Shown here: one piece after another, positions 20,334 through 29,829 of the stretch | How the letters are laid out: every line of letters starts with the position of its first letter | Position numbering within the stretch: the stretch's first letter is position 1 | Assembly: GCA_046590325.1 (NCBI GenBank) | Contig: JBKJUC010000123.1 | Span: 1-62,849, forward strand | Source: Burkholderiales bacterium | GTDB taxonomy: Bacteria; Pseudomonadota; Gammaproteobacteria; Burkholderiales; JACQAP01 | Reading direction: 5' to 3' | Length of the DNA: 62,849 nucleotides | Notes under the pieces: generated by a model | Databases searched by the model: none | Seen by the model: only the letters and a program-made list of their open reading frames with translations | What the model was told of the DNA's origin: nothing | Program-made: the position numbers and the translations under genes

Positions 20334-21158
20334 CTATTTTCCGCTGCCCGCGACTTCGTGGGTATCGCGGGTTAGATAAAACGCCATGAGGATCGGAATG
20401 AACGTCACCGCAATCACGAACACAGCAACAACGTTGGTGACCGGACGCTGGCGCGGCCGCACCAGTTCCGAGAGCATCCAGATTGGCAGCGTGGTCTGCT
20501 GTCCGGCGGTGAAGGTGGTGACGATGACTTCGTCGAATGAAAGCGCAAAGGCGAGCATGCCCCCGGCGAGCAGTGCGGTGGCGATGCCAGGCAGCACCAC
20601 ATAACGAAAAGTCTGGAATCCGTTCGCACCCAGGTCCATTGAGGCTTCGATGAGCGCAGGAGATGAACGCCGGAACCGGGCCAGCACGTTGTTGTAAACC
20701 ACCACGATGCAGAACGTGGCATGGCCGATGACGATTGTCCAGAAACTGAAAGGGATGCCGGCCAGGTTGAAGGCGGAGCGCAGGCTGATGCCGGTGATGA
20801 TGCCGGGCAGTGCAATCGGCAGGATCAGGAGCAGCGAGATCGCCTCGCGGCCGAAAAAGCGGGAGCGCCAGACGGCCGCTGCCGCCAGGGTGCCGAGGAC
20901 CATCGCCAGCATTGTGGAAATCGTCGCCACCTGCAGCGATAGCGATAATGCGGCACGGATATCCTCGCGCTCCCAGGCCACCGCAAACCATTTGATGGTA
21001 AGTCCGGGCAGCGGGAACACGAAACTTTTGTCGTCCGTGCTGAAGGCGTACAGGATGATGAAGAACAGGGGCACATGGAGGAACATGACGCCCGCGGCTG
21101 CGGCCAGCTTCAGCGGCAGGCCTGCTTTTCCCCCAGCGCCGCGGCTTTTAGAGCGCAT
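20334..21158 (-). CDS. ydcV: Polyamine ABC transporter permease (YdcV/PotC-like)
   Basis: [11 protein letters not shown] loop, LSFDEVIVT; start overlaps the ydcU stop. Confidence 0.9.
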   Translation of the reverse strand: MRSKSRGAGGKAGLPLKLAAAAGVMFLHVPLFFIILYAFSTDDKSFVFPLPGLTIKWFAVAWEREDIRAALSLSLQVATISTMLAMVLGTLAAAAVWRSRFFGREAISLLLILPIALPGIITGISLRSAFNLAGIPFSFWTIVIGHATFCIVVVYNNVLARFRRSSPALIEASMDLGANGFQTFRYVVLPGIATALLAGGMLAFALSFDEVIVTTFTAGQQTTLPIWMLSELVRPRQRPVTNVVAVFVIAVTFIPILMAFYLTRDTHEVAGSGK

Positions 21159-22080
21159 CGAAAGCTCCATAGCGGCGGGCGACCAGCAGGTAGATCGCCA
21201 TGATCACGACCGGCACGACGGTGAACGCCGCCGCCAGGGGAATGTTCCCGGCAGTGCCCTGCAGTTGGTACACGGCCTGGCCGATGAACGGCCGGGAGTT
21301 ACCGATGATGCCGGGGATGATGTAGTCGCCGAGGGTCAGGGAGAACGTGAAAATCGAGCCGGCGACCACACCCGGAAATGCCAGCGGCAGGATCACTTTT
21401 CTGAACGTTTCTCTCGGGGTCGCACCAAGGTCGGCCGAGGCTTCCGTCAGCGAGGCCGGCACACGCTCAAGCGCCGCCACGATCGGTAGGATCATGAACG
21501 GTAGCCAGATGTAGAGGAAAACCAGGAAGCTGCCGATGTAGGAAGTCGACAGGGACGGCCCGCCGATCACCGGTATGGACAATGCGGCGTCGAGCAGCCA
21601 GGTCAGGTGCAACTGCTGCGCGAACCAGGGCACGATGCCTTCCTTGGCCAGGATCAGCTTCCACGCGTACACCCGCACCAGGTAGCTGGACCATAGGGGC
21701 AGCATCACCGCCAGGTAAAGCAGCGCCTTCATCCGCATTGAGGCGTAGCGCACCATGTAATAGGCGATCGGGAATGCGATCAGCGCGGCAGCGATCGTCA
21801 CGGCGGCGGCCATGGTCGCCGTGCGGATGAAAACATAGACATTCGCGATGGTTAGCAACTGCCCGTACGTCGCCATCGAGAATTCCCGGATGATGCTGCC
21901 GGAAAAATCGTCGATGTAGAAGAAACTTTGCAGCAGCAGGGCAAACAGGGAACCGAGGTAGATGATTCCCAGCCAGATCAGTGGCGGCGCCAGCAGGAGC
22001 AACAGGAACAGGCGCGGATGCAGATACAACGCGGAGGAAATCCGGTGCACCAGCGGCCCGCGCGCGGCGGCTGCGCTCAC
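21148..22080 (-). CDS. ydcU: Polyamine ABC transporter permease (YdcU/PotB-like)
   Basis: [31 protein letters not shown]. Confidence 0.9.
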   Translation of the reverse strand: MSAAAARGPLVHRISSALYLHPRLFLLLLLAPPLIWLGIIYLGSLFALLLQSFFYIDDFSGSIIREFSMATYGQLLTIANVYVFIRTATMAAAVTIAAALIAFPIAYYMVRYASMRMKALLYLAVMLPLWSSYLVRVYAWKLILAKEGIVPWFAQQLHLTWLLDAALSIPVIGGPSLSTSYIGSFLVFLYIWLPFMILPIVAALERVPASLTEASADLGATPRETFRKVILPLAFPGVVAGSIFTFSLTLGDYIIPGIIGNSRPFIGQAVYQLQGTAGNIPLAAAFTVVPVVIMAIYLLVARRYGAFDAL

Positions 22081-23111
22081 GCGGGGCCGCCGAGCAATTG
22101 GTTGAGGTTCCGCGGCCAGGTCAGCCTGACGGTTTCGCCTACTCCGGCAGCCGGCCGGCCGCCGCTGTTGTTCTGGCGCATCACCGCAAGCTCGCCGCCG
22201 CCGTCGAGGGCTACGGCATAGCGCGTGGTCGCGCCGTGATAAGTTACCGCGCGGACTCTGCCGGCGACCGAGAACCAGCCGTCGGGAACCGGTTCGTTGG
22301 CGGCGGTCATGGTGATCTTCTCAGGGCGGATGGCGAAAGGTTGCGGCTTGCCCGACAAGCGTTGTGCCAGTCCGCCTTCGCAGATGTTCGAAACGCCGAC
22401 GAAACCGGCGACGAACGCGGTTGCGGGATGTTCGTAGATATCCGCCGGTGCGCCGATCTGTTCGATCCTGCCGTGGTTGAACACGGCAAGGCGGTCGCTC
22501 ATCGCCAGCGCTTCATTCTGGTCGTGGGTGACGTAGACGAAAGTGATGCCCACCTGGCGCTGCAGCGACTTCAGCTCTTCCTGCATCTGTTCGCGCAGCT
22601 TCAGGTCGAGCGCCCCCAGCGGTTCGTCTAGCAACAGCACGCCGGGCCGATTGATCAACGCGCGCGCCAACGCCACGCGCTGGCGTTGGCCGCCGGAGAG
22701 TTGGTTCGGTTTGCGGTCGCCCAAGGCTTCGAGCTTCACCAGGGCGAGCATTTCCCGGGACTGCCGGCGACGCTCCCCGGGCGCGACCTTGCGGATCATC
22801 AGGCCGTATTCCACGTTCTCGGAAACAGTCATGTGCGGGAACAGCGCGTAGTCCTGGAACACCGTGTTGACGTCGCGCTCGTAGGGCGGCACCCGGTCCA
22901 CGTTGACGCCGTGGACAGCGATATGGCCAGCATCGGGCTGTTCGAATCCGGCGATCAGACGCAGGCAGGTGGTCTTGCCGGAACCGGACGGCCCCAGCAT
23001 GGAAAAGAATTCGCCGTCGCCGATCTCGAAGCTGACGTTGTCGACCGCGTGCACTTCACCGAAATGGCGGGCGACGCCGTCGAAGCAGACTGCCGTTTTT
23101 TTCTGCTGCAT
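22077..23111 (-). CDS. ydcT: Polyamine ABC transporter ATPase (YdcT/PotA-like)
   Basis: [29 protein letters not shown]-like C-terminus. Confidence 0.92.
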   Translation of the reverse strand: MQQKKTAVCFDGVARHFGEVHAVDNVSFEIGDGEFFSMLGPSGSGKTTCLRLIAGFEQPDAGHIAVHGVNVDRVPPYERDVNTVFQDYALFPHMTVSENVEYGLMIRKVAPGERRRQSREMLALVKLEALGDRKPNQLSGGQRQRVALARALINRPGVLLLDEPLGALDLKLREQMQEELKSLQRQVGITFVYVTHDQNEALAMSDRLAVFNHGRIEQIGAPADIYEHPATAFVAGFVGVSNICEGGLAQRLSGKPQPFAIRPEKITMTAANEPVPDGWFSVAGRVRAVTYHGATTRYAVALDGGGELAVMRQNNSGGRPAAGVGETVRLTWPRNLNQLLGGPA

Positions 23112-23132
23112 GGGCGCAGGGACACCAGCAAA

Positions 23133-23160
23133 GGAACGGGCCGCACAGGCGGCCCGTTCC
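23133..23160 (-). terminator. 12 bp perfect hairpin after the substrate-binding gene (attenuator or mRNA stabiliser)
   Basis: ggaacgggccgc-acag-gcggcccgttcc; short U run on the minus strand. Confidence 0.6.
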
Positions 23161-23180
23161 GTTCGTTCGTCTATCGGATG

Positions 23181-24350
23181 CTATCTGCCACCCAGCACGG
23201 CAATGTAGTCGGTCACCCAGCGGTAGTAGGGCACGCAGGTACGGCCGCTGCCGCAGTTCGCCACGGGCGTGCGCCAGAACCAGATGCGATCGAATTCCTT
23301 GATGCCGTTCGTTTCGCATCCCTTCTCGCCCAACAACGCATTGCCCTTGCAGGCTTCAGGCACTACCGGCACGGAGCCAAACCATGCGGAAAGGTCGCCC
23401 TGCAGCTTCTTGTTCACCGAATGCTCCATCCACATATAAGCGCAGTTCGGGTGCGGCGCTTCGGCGTGCATCATGGTCGTATCGGCCCAGCCGGTTGCGC
23501 CTTCCCTCGGCACGATGCTGGCGATGGGCGCCTTCTTCGACTGCAGCAGATTTACCTGGAAGCCCCATGAGGATGAAGCCACCACGCCTTCGTTGGTGAA
23601 GTCGTCGATCTGGACGAAGGCGTCATGCCAGTAGCGCGACACCAGCTTGCGCTGTTCGCGCAACAGGGTCAGCGCCGCCTTGTACTGCTTCTCGTCAAGT
23701 TCGTACGGATTCTTGATGCCCAGGTCGGGCTGCGCATGCATCAGGTAAAGCGCCGCGTCGGCAATGTAAATGGGTCCGTCGAACGCCTGCACCCGGCCCT
23801 TGTTGGACTTGCCGTCGTCGAGCGTGGTTTCCTTGAACACCACTTCCCAACTCTGCGGCGGGCTCTTGAAGGCCTTGGTGTTGTACGCAAGGACGTTATA
23901 GCCCCACTGGTAGGGCACGCCGTAATGCTTGCTGCCGACGTAATGCCAAGGCGCCTTCTGCAGCCGGGGGTCGATGTTCTTGTAGCTGGGAACCAGGCTG
24001 ATATTGACTTCCTGGACGCGCTTGCCGGAAATCAGCCGCATGCTGGCGTCACCCGAAGCTGTCACGAGGTCGAAACCGCCCTCGTTCATGAGCGCCACCA
24101 TTTCGTCCGAGGTGCCGGCAGTCTTCACCCTGACCTTGCAGCCGGTCTTCTTCTCGAAATCGGTAACCCAGTCGAATCCCTTGTCGGTTTCGCCGCGCTC
24201 GATATAGCCCGGCCAGGCGACGATATCCACGGCACCTTCCCCTTTGCCGACTTTGTCTTGCCTGGCCATGGCCGGCGAGGCGCACAACGCTGCGGCGGCT
24301 ATCGCCGCCACCAAACAACTACCCGACACTCGAAGTCCGCGGTACGGCAT
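23181..24350 (-). CDS. ydcS: Polyamine ABC transporter substrate-binding protein (YdcS-like)
   Basis: GEGAVDIVAWPGYIERGETD, GVPYQWG, GWADT, WVTDYIAVLGGR. Confidence 0.92.
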   Translation of the reverse strand: MPYRGLRVSGSCLVAAIAAAALCASPAMARQDKVGKGEGAVDIVAWPGYIERGETDKGFDWVTDFEKKTGCKVRVKTAGTSDEMVALMNEGGFDLVTASGDASMRLISGKRVQEVNISLVPSYKNIDPRLQKAPWHYVGSKHYGVPYQWGYNVLAYNTKAFKSPPQSWEVVFKETTLDDGKSNKGRVQAFDGPIYIADAALYLMHAQPDLGIKNPYELDEKQYKAALTLLREQRKLVSRYWHDAFVQIDDFTNEGVVASSSWGFQVNLLQSKKAPIASIVPREGATGWADTTMMHAEAPHPNCAYMWMEHSVNKKLQGDLSAWFGSVPVVPEACKGNALLGEKGCETNGIKEFDRIWFWRTPVANCGSGRTCVPYYRWVTDYIAVLGGR

Positions 24351-24404
24351 GACGCTCTCCTTTATTGTGGGGTCCCGCTTTGGAAAGACAGCAAATCTTG
24401 GTTC

Positions 24405-24433
24405 AGCGTACGCCCGGACGCCAAGTCCGGCAA
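24405..24433 (-). promoter_or_regulatory. Putative sigma70 promoter of the ydc operon
   Basis: TTGCCG-N17-TACGCT on the minus strand. Confidence 0.45.
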
Positions 24434-24526
24434 GCGTCCGTCATATTTTGAAACAGCTGCCGGACCGGCGCAGGCGGGCGGGAATCCCGTCAAGCCGGGA
24501 CCGCCGCCTTGCCGGCCAGATCGGCC

Positions 24527-26599
24527 TCAGTCGCCGAACATCAGCTTTAGTGCGAGAAATGCGCTCCGCCCGGGCAACGGATAGGCGCTGAAGCGACCCG
24601 GAGTAAAGATGCTGGTCACTGCGTAGTTGTAGTACTCCTCGTCGAACAGGTTGTTCACAGTCAGGGAGAGGCTGGCCCTGCGCATTTCGTAGGCCAGGCG
24701 CAAGTCTGTTGTGCTGTAGGACGGGATCTTTGTGCCGAACTCGTTCTCCTCGTCATTTTCCATGAACTGGCTGTCGACGTAACTCCACAGACCGTCGAGA
24801 TGCAGTTGCTCTGTCAACCTGAAGGCTGCGCTCACGCTCGCCCGGTTGCGCGCGACAAGTGGAACTGTTTTGCCCGCGACGCTGGTGGTGCCGCCATCGA
24901 TGGTGCCTTCCTTGAACTCCGCTTCGGTATAGGTATAGGCCAGACGCAGGTCGATGCGCGCCGTCGGCCGGGTACCGAACTCGGCCTCGATCCCCTGCCT
25001 TCGTGAAGCGGGCAGGTTGGTGTTGCCCGTACCAAAGGAGAAGGGATCCAGATGAATCTCGTCCTTCAAGTCCATCTGGAATACGCCGATCCTGGCCCGG
25101 GAGGACTGGTGACGCCAATCCAGCCCCAGCTCATAAGTTTCCGAAGTTTGCGGACGCAGGAACTGGAATTCCTGCGCGAAGCTTGCCGAGCCCTCGTACA
25201 GTTCATCCACCGTGGCAAAGCGGAATGCCCGCGACCCCCGGACATAGGCCGACCAGTTGTCGTTCAGTCCCTGGCGTACGCCGAGTTCGAGTGCATGCTG
25301 CTGCTCGTTCTGCTCACCCTGCGGCGATCCACCATTGATGAAGGAGGGATTGGGTGCCGTCGAATCGAACGTATCCGTTGCATCGATGCTGAACCACTCG
25401 AGCCTGGCACCCGCCGTGACCGTCGTCCTGGGTGTGAGGGTAAGGGTCTCCAGGAAATAGACGGCGCGATTCTCCTGCTGCGCGTCCACCCTGTGGATGG
25501 GCTGCCCGATCGTGGCCACCGAACTGGACTGGTCCAGACGATAGTCCCAGACATACCAGTCGAATCCCACCACCAGGCTGCCAGGCAGGGCCGATTGCGA
25601 ATGATCGAAACGCAACCGCGGCGTCACCGCGAAGACATCGAGATCGACTTCGCGGTAATCCGGAAAACCACTGAAATCGAAATAGGAAGTCTGCTCCTTG
25701 CGGCGATACGAGAGTCCCACTATCGACGCGACGTTCCCGTCAGCGCGCGTCCAGTCGAACTGCAGGGAACCGTCGTCGCGCGTCGCGTAGTCCTTGGGCG
25801 TGGTGGCTCCACGGCGATCTGTTTCCAACAGATTCTCGCCGATGCTCGGCTGGACGGCCCGCCCACCCGGCAGCCGGAGATCCTGCCGCGCCCCGGCGAA
25901 CCGGAGCGAGAAGTCGTTCTTGTCACCGCCCCACCTGGCGTCGGCAAACGCCGCCGACTGGGTGTTCTCATTGTTGTCGCGATAACCGTGCGAATCGAAC
26001 CAGGATCCACCGACTCGCAAGCCGGCGCTTTCTCCCGCAAGGTCGCCATCCACCCGCGCGGTATAGGTATCGAAGCTTGCCGCCCCGAGGGTGACCGATG
26101 CCCGGTTTCCGTCGTTACCCGGCTTGCGGGTAATGATGTTGATGACCCCGGACACCGCCCCGTCGCCATACAGGACGGCACCGCTGCCGCGCAGGATCTC
26201 GATGCGCTCGATGAAATCAAGCGGAATCGCGGACCACTGCACGCCGGAAAAATCGATGTCGTTCTGCCGGCGGCCATCGACCAGGATCAGCGTATTCTGG
26301 GCCGCGGCAGCGCCAAAGCCCCGCATATCCACGGTGGCCTGGGCGCCATTGTTGCCAAACAGGTCCCTGCCCCCGAGGCCGGCTTGCGACGCCAGGAGTT
26401 CCGGCACCGTCCGGGCCGGAGAGCGCCGGATCTGCTCCGAGGAAATTACGCTCACGCTGACAGGCTTGTCGGCATAGCCGTCTTCGAACCGCGTGGCGGT
26501 CACCACGACTTCCTCGGTTACCAGATTGGTAGTGTCCTGCGCGAAAGACGTACTGACGACAGCGCAACCGGCGAGGATCGCCGGCAAGAGGGCCTTCAT
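24527..26599 (-). CDS. btuB: TonB-dependent receptor, probable cobalamin transporter BtuB
   Basis: Signal peptide, TonB box EEVVVTATR, plug (IERIEILRGSGAVLYG), NNLFDEEY; cobalamin riboswitch upstream. Confidence 0.85.
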   Translation of the reverse strand: MKALLPAILAGCAVVSTSFAQDTTNLVTEEVVVTATRFEDGYADKPVSVSVISSEQIRRSPARTVPELLASQAGLGGRDLFGNNGAQATVDMRGFGAAAAQNTLILVDGRRQNDIDFSGVQWSAIPLDFIERIEILRGSGAVLYGDGAVSGVINIITRKPGNDGNRASVTLGAASFDTYTARVDGDLAGESAGLRVGGSWFDSHGYRDNNENTQSAAFADARWGGDKNDFSLRFAGARQDLRLPGGRAVQPSIGENLLETDRRGATTPKDYATRDDGSLQFDWTRADGNVASIVGLSYRRKEQTSYFDFSGFPDYREVDLDVFAVTPRLRFDHSQSALPGSLVVGFDWYVWDYRLDQSSSVATIGQPIHRVDAQQENRAVYFLETLTLTPRTTVTAGARLEWFSIDATDTFDSTAPNPSFINGGSPQGEQNEQQHALELGVRQGLNDNWSAYVRGSRAFRFATVDELYEGSASFAQEFQFLRPQTSETYELGLDWRHQSSRARIGVFQMDLKDEIHLDPFSFGTGNTNLPASRRQGIEAEFGTRPTARIDLRLAYTYTEAEFKEGTIDGGTTSVAGKTVPLVARNRASVSAAFRLTEQLHLDGLWSYVDSQFMENDEENEFGTKIPSYSTTDLRLAYEMRRASLSLTVNNLFDEEYYNYAVTSIFTPGRFSAYPLPGRSAFLALKLMFGD

Positions 26600-26732
26600 T
26601 GGTTTTTCTCCCTGAAATGCACGCCCGCCGCGTGCGGTGATTGATGACAGGGAGTTTTCGTATGGGTCGTGTTCGGAATGCCGGTGCGATCCGGTTCCGG
26701 ATGCCCGCCCCGCGCGGAAACTCCGTTCGCGA

Positions 26733-26956
26733 TCGTCGGGCCGGTATCCGGGCTTGCGAACCGGGCGTGTCGCCTTCCCATGGGGCTTTCCGGAAAACCA
26801 TCCCGGATTACCTCACAGTGGCCTGATGACACGCCCCTGAAGTCGCTTACCGTTGCGGGGGCAGCACAGGAATTGCTGCGACGGACGTTAATCCGGCGCG
26901 CGCGCACCTGTTTCCCGTTTGACCCTTACGGACAATCCGGCCGGGCACCCGAGAAC
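26733..26956 (-). ncRNA. Cobalamin (AdoCbl) riboswitch
   Basis: Minus strand: GGTGCCC...AAACGGGAAACAGGTG...GCCCCCGCAACGGTAA...GCCACTG...GGGAAGG...AAGCCCGGATACCGGCC (B12 box); upstream of a TonB receptor. Confidence 0.93.
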
Positions 26957-27037
26957 GTGGCGGAATTCTATCTCAAGGACCGGCGGCACCAAACTGGTTT
27001 GCCGGGGCCAGTTGAGCAAAGCCCACCAGCGAGCACG

Positions 27038-27053
27038 ATGTATTAAAATACAT
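27038..27053. promoter_or_regulatory. Perfect 7-2-7 AT-rich palindrome, candidate operator
   Basis: ATGTATT-AA-AATACAT in the divergent btuB/zapB gap. Confidence 0.45.
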
Positions 27054-27073
27054 TCAAATAAACCCGTTAGCAG

Positions 27074-27103
27074 TTGACTTTGCTGGATTTTCATCTTTAT
27101 AGT
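27074..27103 (+). promoter_or_regulatory. Sigma70 promoter of zapB-like/zapA/ssrS
   Basis: TTGACT-N18-TATAGT. Confidence 0.7.
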
Positions 27104-27108
27104 ATCTT

Positions 27109-27309
27109 ATGGATGCTGAGCTCAATTCGCTTGACGAGAAGATCGCGCAACTGGCCAAGCTGTGCCAGAAACTGCGCGGGGACAACACCCAGCTGCGACA
27201 GCAGCTGGCATCGGTCCATACTGAGAACAAGCTGCTTGCGGAAAAAGTGAATGCCGCCCGGACCCGCCTCGAGTCGCTGCTCAATCAGATTCCCGACGGC
27301 GCCGAATGA
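27109..27309 (+). CDS. Coiled-coil ZapB-like (TIGR02449-type) protein
   Basis: 66 aa heptad coiled coil (LDEKIAQL...LRGDNTQLRQQL...ARTRLESLL) overlapping the zapA start. Confidence 0.85.
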   Translation: MDAELNSLDEKIAQLAKLCQKLRGDNTQLRQQLASVHTENKLLAEKVNAARTRLESLLNQIPDGAE

Positions 27310-27617
27310 GCAAGGAAACCAAAGGTCTCGACGTGAGCATCATGGGCCGCGAATTCCGCGTCTCGTGCACGGAAGAGGAGCAGAAGGATCTGCTCAAAGC
27401 TGTTGAATTCCTCAACAGCAGGATGAAGGAAATCCGCGACACCGGGAAAGTCATAGGCGTCGAGCGCATTGCGATCATGGCCGCGCTGAATATCACGCAC
27501 GAGCACCTTTCCACGCGCACGGCCGGCGGTTTTGACGTGGGGGAGTTTAAGCGTAGAATTATTCGCATGCAGGCAACGTTAGACCAGGCCATCGAAGGCC
27601 AGGACGAGTTGTTCTGA
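27306..27617 (+). CDS. zapA: Cell division protein ZapA
   Basis: VSIMGREFRVSC, ERIAIMAALNI. Confidence 0.96.
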   Translation: MSKETKGLDVSIMGREFRVSCTEEEQKDLLKAVEFLNSRMKEIRDTGKVIGVERIAIMAALNITHEHLSTRTAGGFDVGEFKRRIIRMQATLDQAIEGQDELF

Positions 27618-27628
27618 AGACTGTCAAT

Positions 27629-27802
27629 GTCCCCTGCGTTGTCGTCAGGCTTTAATTCTTTGAACCAATGTTACTTCTCTTGGTTGCGGCCTAATGCAGC
27701 GCTGTTGTGCGCGTCCCAATGCGGAAGCGCCTGATGTGCTCGGAAAGCGACCACCTTGGACCCTAGGTTCAAGATGACGGCCTGACGGCACGCGCGGGGG
27801 GC
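27629..27802 (+). ncRNA. ssrS: 6S RNA
   Basis: Ends pair (ccctgcgttgtcgtcaggc with gcctgacggcacgcgcgggg); internal tgaacc and ggttcaag motifs; canonical position after zapA. Confidence 0.88.
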
Positions 27803-27819
27803 TCCCTATGCGGAAGAAC

Positions 27820-27844
27820 AAAAGCGGCGATGCCGCTTTTTTTT
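27820..27844 (+). terminator. Intrinsic terminator after 6S RNA
   Basis: aaaagcggc-gat-gccgctttt followed by T4. Confidence 0.85.
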
Positions 27845-27924
27845 AGTTTGCACGCACCGCCGCGTTTTGCTCTCGCGCGACAATCCGCTAGAGTTCCGGC
27901 TTCACCGACTTCCTTCCTGCGGAC

Positions 27925-28380
27925 ATGAACCACTGGCTGCTGAAATCCGAGCCGGATGTTTTCGGAGTAGAGCATCTTGCCGCCGAGCTGTACAAGACTG
28001 CCGCATGGTGGGGCGTGCGCAACTACCAGGCGCGCAATTTCATGCGCGACCAGATGAAACTCGGCGACCGCGCATTTTTCTACCACTCGAGCTGCCCGGA
28101 GCCTGGCATTGCCGGAATCGTGCAGGTATCGCGCCTGGCTTATCCTGATGAAACCCAGTTCGACCGCAAGGGCAAGTACTTCGACCCCAAGGCAAGCCGC
28201 GACCTGCCGCGCTGGTTCAACGTCGACGTCAAGCTCGTGAAGAAAACCCGGCTGGTCGGCCTGCAGGAGTTGCGCTCGCACCCACAACTCGCCTCCATGG
28301 TGATACTGAAACGCGGCAACCGCCTGTCCATCACGCCGGTGGAACCTCGCGAGTGGGAGTTCATCGTGGGAATCCTGTAG
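27925..28380 (+). CDS. EVE domain protein
   Basis: WLLKSEP, WWGVRNYQARNFMR, FFYHS, NRLSITPV. Confidence 0.95.
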   Translation: MNHWLLKSEPDVFGVEHLAAELYKTAAWWGVRNYQARNFMRDQMKLGDRAFFYHSSCPEPGIAGIVQVSRLAYPDETQFDRKGKYFDPKASRDLPRWFNVDVKLVKKTRLVGLQELRSHPQLASMVILKRGNRLSITPVEPREWEFIVGIL

Positions 28381-28390
28381 CAGGCCGGCG

Positions 28391-29185
28391 ATGGAGTGGT
28401 GGATCGTTTATCTGCTGATGGGCCTGTTCGTCGGTTTTTTTGCCGGGCTGCTCGGCATCGGCGGCGGCCTCATCCTGGTCACGCTGATGGTCTACCTGTT
28501 CACGGTGCAGGGCTTCCCCGAAGACCGCATCCTGCACATTGCCCTCGGCACCTCGATCACCAGCATTGTCTTTACCTCGATTTCCAGCTTGCTCGCACAC
28601 CACAAGCATGGGGCGGTGCGCTGGGACATCGTGCGCGCGGCGGTCCTCGGGCTCATCGTCGGCACGCTGCTCGGGACCCTTGTCGCCGATCAGCTGAAAT
28701 CGAAATACCTGGCGATATTCTTTGTGATCTTTGTCTACTACTCGGCCTTGCAGATGTTCATCAACGCCAAGCCGAAGCCCTCGCGGCAGTTGCCAGGCCG
28801 GCTGGGTTTGAATCTAGCATCGGTAGTCATTGGAGTCCTGTCGGCACTGGTCGGCGTCGGTGGCGGAGTTATGACCATCCCGCTCATGTCGATGTGCAAT
28901 GTGCCCATGCGCAATGCGATCGGCACCTCGGCCGCGTTGGGTCTGCCCATCGCCATCGCAGGAACCATCGGCTACATCGTCACAGGCCTGGGCAAGGATC
29001 ACCTGCCGCCTTTCAGCGTGGGCTATGTCTATCTACCGGCACTGATCGGAATCGTGATCGGCACGCTGGTCACCGTGCCCTGGGGCGCGAAGATGGCGCA
29101 CACTCTGCCGGTTTCCCGCCTGAAGAAAATATTCGCGGTGATCCTGTTCATCCTGGCGACCAGGATGCTCTGGACCCTGTTCTAA
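28391..29185 (+). CDS. TauE/SafE (TSUP) family transporter
   Basis: Two repeats of GLLGIGGG / GVGGG with AIGTS; 8 TM segments. Confidence 0.92.
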   Translation: MEWWIVYLLMGLFVGFFAGLLGIGGGLILVTLMVYLFTVQGFPEDRILHIALGTSITSIVFTSISSLLAHHKHGAVRWDIVRAAVLGLIVGTLLGTLVADQLKSKYLAIFFVIFVYYSALQMFINAKPKPSRQLPGRLGLNLASVVIGVLSALVGVGGGVMTIPLMSMCNVPMRNAIGTSAALGLPIAIAGTIGYIVTGLGKDHLPPFSVGYVYLPALIGIVIGTLVTVPWGAKMAHTLPVSRLKKIFAVILFILATRMLWTLF

Positions 29186-29188
29186 GAA

Positions 29189-29812
29189 TCAGCCGCGCGT
29201 CTTGAACCAGCCGGTCAGGCTAAAGCGCTCACGCTTTGCCGGCAGGACTTCGTGCGGAAAACGATCACTGAGGAACAGAACCAGCGTCCCGCCGTCCGGC
29301 CTGATATCCACATGCCTGGACACCGGCTTTCGCTCGAGGTAAAGCCGCAGTTCGCCGCCGTCTTCACTTTGCCAGTTCGAATTGAGGTAAAGGATGCTCG
29401 AGAGGCGTCGCCTTGAGTCTCTGCTGAACTGGTCGAGGTGTTTGCGGTAGAACGCGCCAGGCGCGTATCGGGCGAAGTGACATTCGAACTCGAACAGGCC
29501 GAGCTGCAGTTCCCGGTTCAGTTTCAGGCGAATTTCTTCGAAGCGATCCAGGCATTCCTTTTGCGCTTCACTGCTGCCCGACTGTTCCAGCCAGAGGATC
29601 TGGTCGGCACGAACATCTCCGGCAATCTGGCGGTCAGCGCCGCTGCCGATCGCGGCGTCATGAAACGAACCCTGGGCGGCCAGCCGGGCGCATTCCTCGC
29701 CGAGGGCCGCGACCATTCCGGGGACAATGAATGATGGAATCGCAACCCAGCCATCGCGACCTATCCGGTCACTGATCCGCTCGAGCACGTCGAGGTCTTG
29801 CACGGTATTCAT
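29189..29812 (-). CDS. 2OG-Fe(II) oxygenase, prolyl-4-hydroxylase (PHD/PPHD)-like
   Basis: Y..G.FYRKHLD (HxD), ILYLN..W, GGEL, HEVLP, R.SLTGWF. Confidence 0.88.
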   Translation of the reverse strand: MNTVQDLDVLERISDRIGRDGWVAIPSFIVPGMVAALGEECARLAAQGSFHDAAIGSGADRQIAGDVRADQILWLEQSGSSEAQKECLDRFEEIRLKLNRELQLGLFEFECHFARYAPGAFYRKHLDQFSRDSRRRLSSILYLNSNWQSEDGGELRLYLERKPVSRHVDIRPDGGTLVLFLSDRFPHEVLPAKRERFSLTGWFKTRG

Positions 29813-29829
29813 CCTCTGCCAGCTCCGAG

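Noticed and set aside
18883-20991. 702 aa ORF as a fusion protein
   Set aside because: The extension is an alternate frame of ydcV; the real start is MQTKLL at 20310 with its own SD.
27038-27053. LexA SOS box
   Set aside because: Lacks the essential CTG and CAG ends; kept only as an unknown operator.
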